The translations under genes and the position numbers were made by a program. From Octopus vulgaris (lineage: Eukaryota): a stretch of DNA of 64,000 nt. Shown piece after piece: positions 55,890-64,000 of this stretch. Below the pieces are notes generated by a model, which was not told the DNA's origin, made no database searches, and saw only the letters and a program-made list of their open reading frames with translations. The first letter of the stretch is position 1. Every line of letters begins with the position of its first letter. The stretch covers positions 16,182,001-16,246,000 of the forward strand of contig OX597833.1 in the NCBI GenBank assembly GCA_951406725.2, given 5' to 3'.

Positions 55890-56455
55890 TTTAGATGAAA
55901 TGGGGGGAGAGTTGAGACCAAATGGTGTAAAAGAGCGAAGAGAGAAGATTAATCTCTGTTCACGGCGTAAACGGGAATCCGGATGGCCTCTGTGCAAGGA
56001 CAATCCGAACACAGACAGGTGTTGCAAGGAGTGACCGGTAGAGCGGAAATGCCGTGAGACCGGTGTGTCATTGGCAAAGCGGATGTCTCGGAGGTGTTTC
56101 GCCAACCGGTCAGCCAAGCGGCGTCCCGTTTGTCCGATGTACAGGGAATGGCAGAGAGAGCAGGAGATACAATAGATGATATTGCTGGAGGTACAGGTGA
56201 AGGAGTCGATGATGCGATAGGGTCGATGATGGGTGCCAGTGAGGAGGGTGGTGTTGGAGAGGTAAGTGCAAGTGCGGCAACGTGGGTGGGAGCAGGGGAA
56301 CGAGCCATGTTGGGAGGTAGGGTCAGGGAAGAAGCTGTGGACCAAGAGGTCTCATAGGTTATGGGCTCGTTTGAAAGAGGGGAGGGTCGGTTAGGGAAGA
56401 GGTGTGAAGTGGACGGGTCGGACTAGAGATGCCGGAAAGCTCGAAGAATGGTGCG
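55890..56455 (-). pseudogene. GIY-YIG endonuclease domain of Penelope-like element (stops/frameshift upstream)
   Basis: PCSHPRCRTC linker, FTCTSSNIIYCISCSLCHSLYIGQTGRRLADR..H..PVSRHF..REQRLIFSLRSFTPFGLN; the rest of ORF 55152-56345 is low-complexity read-through. Confidence 0.9.
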
Positions 56456-57282
56456 TTTGTGTGTGGGGAGGGTGTTTGTGTGTGAGGGAGTGTTTGTGTG
56501 TGAGGGAGTGTTTGTGTGTGGGGTGTGTTTGTGTATGTATATGCATGTATATAAGTCTTTCTACGAAGCTGCTGAAATGCGGATGGTGCAGACCCGAAAT
56601 TCGATCTCTGTAATTTCGTTCACTTTACCCATAAATGAATATTTTACCACAAATCGTAAGAGTTAAAAATTCTTTTTTCATATTTGTCAATTCTACAAAG
56701 TATAGGGATATAACTTCATATAAAAAGTTTAAGTATATCAAAATACAAGCATATAATTTTTGGTCCTACCTATAGAGAGAAACAAGTCATTTACACTTTT
56801 AAGGAAGAATTCAACGATGACTAACGGAGTAAGTTACAAGGTCAAATGCGATAACCGACAATTTGATTCTCTCCTTTGGGAGAATGTCTAATATATAGAA
56901 TTATACAAAAGTAGGTTGCACGAAAGCAACAAAAGGTAGTTTGTTTTTTGTGCATTCAAGAATGTTTCAAACCTCAACTAAAACAACTCAACGTTGACAA
57001 ATGTAGGAAATTGCCCACGTACGTGTTCACACATGCATGTAAGAATTGTATGTGTTAGTGCGTGAACGTGTCAATGTATGCTTAGATAGGCGCGCATAGA
57101 CTTGTATATAGAGATAGATATTTGTGTATGTATGTATATATATGTGTGTGTGGGTGTGTGTGTATGTCTGTAGGTGGTTAGTGGTTGTTTGGTATGACTA
57201 TGAACATACATACACTGGCTCAGAGGCACAAACCAATTTGTAAATTTACAGATATATGTATGCGTATGTATATATGATAATG

Positions 57283-57317
<35 letters not shown>

Positions 57318-57321
57318 CATG

Positions 57322-57543
57322 TATTCTTTTATTCTTTTATTCTTTTATTTGTTTCTGTCATTTGACTGCGGCCATGCTGGAACACCGCCTTTAGTCGAGC
57401 AAATCGATCCTAGGACTTATTCTTTGTAAGCCTAGTACTTACTCTATCGGTCCCCCTTGCCGAACCGCTAAGTGACGGGTACGTAAAGACACCAGCATCG
57501 GTCGTCAAGCGATGTTGGGGGAGACAAACACAGACACACAAAC

Positions 57544-57589
<46 letters not shown>

Positions 57590-57707
57590 ACGACGGACTT
57601 CTTTCAGTTTCCGTCTACCAAACCCACTCACAAAGTTTTGGTCGGCCCGAGGCTATAGTAGAAGACACCATGTGGTTGGTAAGCAAGCTACCTACCACAC
57701 AGCCATG
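57322..57707 (-). mobile_element. SINE family 1 with small internal deletion
   Basis: Reverse complement of consensus. Confidence 0.82.
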
Positions 57708-57745
<38 letters not shown>

Positions 57746-58074
57746 GTACATATATACAAGTATATGTGCGTATGTATACACACACATTGAGACATTCATG
57801 CAATTTGATATACAATCAATTTATGCAGACGTGAGCACAACTGCGTATATATACACGTGCATATACATATACGTACATAGTGCATACAAACATACATACA
57901 TACATGTATATACACTTACACACTCATACGCATACAGAGACAGAGATGTATATATACCTATATTCCTACATACGGCACGAACAAATATACACAGATACGC
58001 ATAAATGTGCATGCGTATAATATCATACATCCGTACGAATTTCCACAAGTGCGTGCTCACGCATAATACCTACA

Positions 58075-58182
<108 letters not shown>

Positions 58183-58699
58183 CTTTATATGTTCGTGTTA
58201 TTTCGTGCAAGCAAACTGAGGGTAAATTACACGCATACATGCACACACAGTGACAAAGACACAAAGACACAAAGACACAAAGACACCCAAACGCTATCTA
58301 TCGTTTGGAAAAAAGCATATTCTCTCATATACGAAGAATATAGAAGACATATAATACATAGAATATATAAGCGTATCACACAGAAATAAGCACCAAAAAT
58401 AATAATAATAATAAAAACGAAATGGAATTGGGAACAAAAAACAAATAGAATAAAAAGTAAAAAGCGAAGGAAAAAATATAGATGGAAAAGTACACGTAAA
58501 AATACGCATTAAAGAAAATATTTAAAAGTATGTGAAAAGTAGATACCTGGTGGATGTAGGATGGGGGAGGATTTGAATGTTAGGAATAGGTTTGTGAGTT
58601 CGGTCAGGGAGAATGCGAAATGAAATGTGCAGAGAAAATGTGCTACAGCCTTCCACCCACACCCTAGGGGCCCATTATAGATTTTTATTGCCATTTATA

Positions 58700-59990
58700 T
58701 ATGAGATCATCCTATAAGTTCTGTCCGATTTTACCTTTTTTTAAATCAAATGAAATTTAATAGTATTCTAGAATGTCTAATGGAATTAAAAATTATTTTT
58801 ACGCATTTGTGTACTTTAAAACTAATTAAATATTATTTTACAGAATAATAGAATCAACATTACTTTGATTAAAACCCTTTCTAACAAGGAAGTACCCAAA
58901 GAGCATTTAAGGCACATAATGATTTATGAATACAAAAATGGAAACTCTGCAGCCGAAGCGACTCGAAACTACACTCAGTTTATAGTAAAGAATGTTTGAA
59001 TGAAAGAACTTGCAGAAGATGGTTTGCAAAATTCAGAAGTGGAGATTTCAGCCTTTAAGATGAAGATCGAACAGGACGTCCGGATGAGTTTGATGATAAG
59101 CTCCTTGAGGCATTACTTGAAGAAAATCCTACATTATCAGTTGAAGAATTGGCAATAAAGCTTAGTTCAAACCATACAACTGTTCGTCGTCATTTTCAAC
59201 AACTTTGAAAGTTTCCTAAACTTGGAAAATGGGTGCCCCATGAATTGTCCGAAAGCAACTGCAAATCCCGGGTTGACATCTGCTCTTCTCTCCATTCTCT
59301 CAAACTCATTTCACTCTCTTTTGGATAGACTTGTGACTGGTGGCGAAAAATGGATCATCTATCGAAATGTTAAACGTCGCAAACAGTGGCTCGGTAAAAG
59401 GTAAAAAGCTCAACCACAACAGAGAAGGAAACTTCATGAAAAAAAGTTCTTCTTTCTATTTGGTGGGATTGCAAAAGAGTAATTCACTTTAAATTGTTAC
59501 CAACTAATGCAAGAATCAATGCTCAAGTCTACTGTCAGCAATTAGAGGGTTTGAACCAAGCTTTGAAGAAAAAAAAGACCCGCTTTAGTGAATCAGAAAG
59601 GAGTGATGTTTCATCAGGACAATGCGTGACCCCACACTGCAAATATCACATCACAGAAGAGCGGAGTGCTTGGTTGGGAAAAGATTCCTCATCCACCTTT
59701 TTCTCCCGACCTTGCTTCTTCAAACTACCATTTGTTTCGTAGTTTACAGAATCATTTGGGGGACATAACTTTCGCAAGCCAGGTGGAGGTCGAAACTGAC
59801 ATTTCAGAGTTCTTCGCTTTGAAACCAAAAGAGTTTTACATTGACGGGATTAAAAAGCTTGAAAATAGATGGAAAGAAATCATAGATAATCAGGGAAAAT
59901 ACATTGATGATTAAATTTCAATTAAATATAACATTTGATCACTTGTTTTCTTTATTCAAAATTCGGACAGAACTTATGGGGTGACCAGAT
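58700..59990 (+). mobile_element. Full-length decayed mariner DNA transposon (~1.29 kb)
   Basis: TIRs atcatcctataagttctgtccgatt / aattcggacagaacttatggggtgacc, TA flanks. Confidence 0.9.
58887..59914 (+). pseudogene. Mariner (DD34D-type) transposase pseudogene
   Basis: WVPHEL, LVTGGEKW (first D lost), FHQDNA*PH, HPPFSPDLASSNYHLF motifs; several stops and frameshifts. Confidence 0.9.
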
Positions 59991-61008
59991 ATATAGATAT
60001 GACGGTTTTCTTTCAATTTTGGTCTACGAATTACACTCAAAAGGCTTTTATCGGCTCGGGGCTATAACAGACGACGCTTGCCCAAGATGCAAACAGTGGC
60101 ACTGAACCCGAAACCATGTAGTTGGGAAGCAAACTTCTTCCCACACAACCACAGAGGCACCAGTTTTTGGGGTTTTTTCTCTATCCTTCTCTTTTTTAGA
60201 CGTCAAGACATCGGGGGTTTTTTACCATCATTTTGACATGGCAGCCGCAGCCTTAATGTTTATTTAGCCTCTTTACAGTTTTGCCGTTGCTTCTCCTTTC
60301 CTCCATAACTATCAAACGTTTTAGCGACCATTTTGTTGGCTTCTTCGAAAGCAGAAAATAGCTTATATTCTTACCTTTCTTCTTTTTATCCTTATTTTTT
60401 TGCTTTATTTTTGCTTTATTTTCGTTTTAGCTTGCCATATTTTAGTGCTGCGATACTTAGTAATATATTTCTGGTTGTAGAGAATGCTTAGTCACCAGAA
60501 TTTTTGGTAGATTTATTTTTTAACTGTGTGTTTTTGTGTGACCCATTCTAAATACAGGCGTTAATTTTCGTTTTATGTCAAAAATATTGATGTCCAAAAC
60601 TTTTATTTTTCTGCATTTATCTCTGTTTTATGTCGTTCTTCTGTCCGCCATATCTCAGTTCTCTTCTTTATTACCAACCAAAATAGTTTTGTCATCTTTT
60701 TATACAATTTCTACGCTTTTTAATCTCAACTTCCATTTCTTCTGAGAATATATATTCTATCGATACTAGTTTTAGGATACAATAATACATTTTCGGTTTC
60801 CATTTTTCATGTTCTGATATCTACCCTAATTTAAACTTTCCTCTATTTTATAATCCCAACTCTGTACCTTATCATCGAAGCAGCTTACGTGTTTATTGTC
60901 ATAACTGTGTATTTTTCCGTTCAATTGCATTTTTAAAAAAAAGAACTAATTTCTACTTTCTAAAATATTCGTTTTTAAATACCATTTCTCTTTCTTTTCC
61001 ATTGATTA

Positions 61009-61245
61009 TGGCCGTTCGCCAGCCTCGTCTGGCACCTGTGTCGGTGGCACATAAGAAAACACCATCTGAGCGTGGCCGTCTGCCAGCCTCGTCTGGCACC
61101 TGTGTCGGTGGCACATAAGAAAACACCATCCGAGCGTGGCCGTCTGCCAGCCTCGTCTGGCACCTGTGTCGGTGGCACATAAAAAACACCATCCGAGCGT
61201 GGCCGTCTGCCAGCCTCGTCTGGCACCTGTGTCGGTGGCACATAA
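61009..61245 (+). repeat. ~60 bp GC-rich tandem repeat, 4 copies
   Basis: ggccgtctgccagcctcgtctggcacctgtgtcggtggcacataagaaaacaccatccgagcgt repeated. Confidence 0.9.
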
Positions 61246-61420
61246 AATCACCCACTACACTCTCGGAGTGGTTGGCGTTAGGAAGGGCATCCAGCTGTAG
61301 AAACACTGCCAGATCTGACTGGCCTGGTGCAGCCTTCGGGCTTGCCAGACCCCAGTTGAACCGTCCAACCCATGCTAGCATGGAAAGCGGACGTTAAACG
61401 ATGATGATGATGATGATGAT
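61246..61420 (+). mobile_element. SINE/LINE 3' part with Meta-SINE-like box and (GAT)n tail
   Basis: ggcgttaggaagggcatccagctgtagaaac motif; tail gcggacgttaaacgatgatgatg. Confidence 0.6.
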
Positions 61421-61676
61421 ATGTTCCCAGTATGTCTAAATATTTTTAGCTATTGTCCTTGATCTCACAACCTGCCCATCTGGTAACGCTATGCCGTAAC
61501 TTGATGAACTTCTCGTCTCCATAACCATGGCCGTGTGGTCAAGAAGTCCGCTTTGCAACTTTTCTGGTCCCCTGTGGCGGCACCTTGAGCAATCATCTTC
61601 AATTATAGCCCTAGGCTGACCAATGACTAGCGAGTGATGTCAGTAGACGGAAAGTAAAAAGAAAATCGTTGTGTGC

Positions 61677-61754
<78 letters not shown>

Positions 61755-61988
61755 GTATATATATGTATATATATTGCAGAGAAGACAGAATTTCTTGCCT
61801 TTGTCATATGGTATCGAAATTGAGAGGATCAACCATTCCAAATGAAATTGTTCATTGTGGTCTTTTAAATTCCAAATCAGTTTGCTGAGACCGGTACTAT
61901 TCCGTTTATTTCTATCCCTAAATGTTGAGTAATGGATAGAAATTCTCTTAGATAACTCTAACGATGTGCTTCCAATGTAAAATGTAGA

Positions 61989-63169
61989 ATGGGCTTAAAA
62001 ATCGTTTTTGATGACGATCTGACGAAGGCCAACTTTTTAGATATTACGCTTAATTTACACAGTGACTCTTACTTCCCATATCATAAACCGTTGACCAATC
62101 TTAAGTACATTAGCAAATTTAGTAATCATCCTGGAGCAATTACTAAGAATTTAGTTAAGAATATTTCATTTAGATTATCTAAATTATCTGCTAATGTTGA
62201 TATTTTCAATAATAACGCTGAATTCTATAACTCTGCCTTAATCAAAGCAGGTTATACAGAAAAAATTTTCTACATTGATTCTGCTCAGTCTAATTGTAAA
62301 TTCAATAATGTAGATAAGATTTCTAGTCGTAAAAGAATTATTGATAACAAACATAACTTACGCACCGATACAAAGCGAATGAAGGCAGATAACCCTTATT
62401 TATTCCCCTATTACCGATCTAAAAGTAAATATAACACCTTCAAAAGTAATTACGCTATGAATACTAGTAAAAATATTTGGTTAATAATTCCTTACGGGAG
62501 ACAAATTAAATCTAATCTCCCACTGCTGTTTCGTCAAGCTATTGCTAGGAATTTTCCAAATAATTCTAGATATTACTCTATAATTAATTCACATAAGGTT
62601 AGGATAGGTTTTTCAAACACAAAAAATCTCTTGCAAATTATATCTTCTCATAATAACAAACTGTTAAATATTAATACATTTACTAATACTAACATTAATT
62701 TAGCTACTACCATCCAACCCTCTAGAAATATTAATAACAAGGTTATTGTATCTGAAGTCAATCCCAATAAAATTAAATTTATGTCAAGTAACTCTAAGAT
62801 TAAAAATTCTATATACCAGTGTATAATCAGTACTCGTAATAAAGTACGATTTTACATTGGAAGCACATCGTTAGAGTTATCTAAGAGAATTTCTATCCAT
62901 TACTCAACATTTAGGGATAGAAATAAACGGAATAGTACCGGTCTCAGCAAACTGATTTGGAATTTAAAAGACCACAATGAACAATTTCATTTGGAATGGT
63001 TGATCCTCTCAATTTCGATACCATATGACAAAGGCAAGAAATTCTGTCTTCTCTGCAATTCTGAGCTATTTTTCATTATTTTTCTAAAAATACTCTAGTA
63101 AACACGGTTATAGAACGAGCATACAGATGTAAGCATTGGCAAAAACATACTTTTAGTGCATATAAGTAG
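61989..63169 (+). pseudogene. Penelope-like RT thumb + GIY-YIG endonuclease (Naiad-like C-terminus), truncated, frameshift near 63080
   Basis: NFLDITL..YHKP..YISKFSNHP..RLSKLS (PLE RT end); SIYQC..FYIGST..KRISIH..STGLSKLIW..W..CLLCNSE; shifted frame continues LVNTVIERAYRCKH..*. Confidence 0.88.
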
Positions 63170-63370
63170 TCTCTATCAATATATATAGTTTAGACTTTAA
63201 TTTCCTTTATATTTAACATTCACTATTAATATCCCTACTCTTTCTGTTAGCTACTTATGACGTTATATCATATAACGTTTTTTTAAACTATATTAATGGC
63301 GTTCTGTCTATCGCTATACGAATCCATCATTTTTTGCTAAAATGTCGTATTGACAAGTTTCGTTTTTTCA

Positions 63371-63455
63371 CTTTCCCGAAGAGAAGATTGCATTGTTTAT
63401 ACCTTTTATTCTTTTGAATAAGTATCAGTGGAATTTTTGAAACATATGTAGAAAG
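63371..63455 (+). ncRNA. Type I hammerhead, core CCGAAGA, long stem II (family C)
   Basis: ctttc-CCGAAGA-gaagattgcattg...cagtggaattttt-GAAAC-atat-GTA|gaaag; palindromic ACAUAUGU stem III; about 200 nt after the GIY-YIG stop. Confidence 0.75.
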
Positions 63456-63499
63456 AAAAAATACTTGTTTAAACCTGCGTTGACTCCATTTTTTATTCC

Positions 63500-63561
<62 letters not shown>

Positions 63562-64000
63562 TGCGCGCGCGCGTTTGTGTGTCTGTATTTGCCCCCCCCC
63601 CCAACATCGCTTGACAACCGATACTAGTGTGTTTACGTCCCCGGTAAAAAGAGACTGAATAAGTACTAGGCTTGCACAGAATAAGTCCTGGGATCGATTT
63701 GCTCGACTAATGGCGGTGCTCCAGCATGGCCGCTGTCAAATGACTGAAACAAGTAAAAGACTAAAAGTGTGTGTGTGTGTGTGCTGCAAGCATAAGGCTG
63801 AAGAGAGGATTTATTAACAAATTCTACTCATCTCTAATATTATTATTGTACAATGCAAAAAATACTTTTCTGGCTATTAATATGATGCTGAACAACAGGC
63901 AACATCAGATATTAAACTTCGGGCGAATACCGCGCCTTGATAAGGCAAGAAAACCACCCAGTTGCATTGATATTAACGGCAAAGACACACAACATGAAGC

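Larger units (their letters stand above)
54880..56455 (-). mobile_element. 5'-truncated Penelope-like retroelement (Neptune-type): GIY-YIG domain, pyrimidine-rich 3' UTR, hammerhead pLTR
   Basis: Coding remnant 55890-56455, UTR homologous to 42200-42580, hammerhead at 54979-55016. Confidence 0.85.
61773..63500 (+). mobile_element. 5'-truncated Penelope-like retroelement with inverted 5' segment
   Basis: 61773-61983 is the exact reverse complement of 62849-63059; RT C-terminus + GIY-YIG ORF; hammerhead in 3' UTR; (TA)n on both flanks. Confidence 0.9.
61525..63767 (+). mobile_element. SINE family 1 split by a Penelope-like insertion (head 61525-61680, tail 63510-63767)
   Basis: Collinear head and tail flank the PLE via the internal (TA)n. 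Confidence 0.65.

Noticed and set aside
55152-55890. Pro/Ser/Leu-rich C-terminal part of the 397 aa ORF
   Set aside because: Read-through into low-complexity UTR after the GIY-YIG domain.
61009-61245. CRISPR-like array
   Set aside because: Contiguous tandem units without unique spacers, eukaryotic context, no cas genes.
61611-61841. Separate [25 protein letters not shown]
   Set aside because: It is the inverted duplicate of the PLE endonuclease segment.
63170-63370. SECIS element / selenoprotein coding as reported for some Naiad-type PLEs
   Set aside because: No in-frame TGA in the preserved ORF and no convincing SECIS fold seen.

Overview
AT-rich eukaryotic non-coding DNA, most likely intron or intergenic sequence of a cephalopod (octopus-like). 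That assignment is inferred only from the SINE families and microsatellite load. No host protein-coding gene can be supported, and almost all ORFs in the track are microsatellite translations. The window is a mosaic of microsatellites and mobile elements: three or more tRNA-derived SINE families (CORE-like, Nin-domain, V-like), R4/Dong-type REL retrotransposon fragments in (TAA)n, a (GATA)n-associated LINE 3' end, decayed mariners, piggyBac-, Merlin/MULE- and Helitron-type non-autonomous elements, and three Penelope-like (GIY-YIG) fragments. The main discovery is a set of 12 minimal type I hammerhead-ribozyme motifs in five sequence families. Several have non-canonical cores (CCGAnGA, CUGUnGA) and palindromic stem III. 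They sit in Penelope pLTRs and in short non-coding elements with inverted ends. One element fuses a tRNA-like Pol III head to a hammerhead/pLTR module inside one apparent target-site duplication, making it a candidate Penelope-mobilised, ribozyme-bearing SINE. Two element junctions fall exactly on predicted cleavage sites. Everything was read by eye, so repeat boundaries are approximate.
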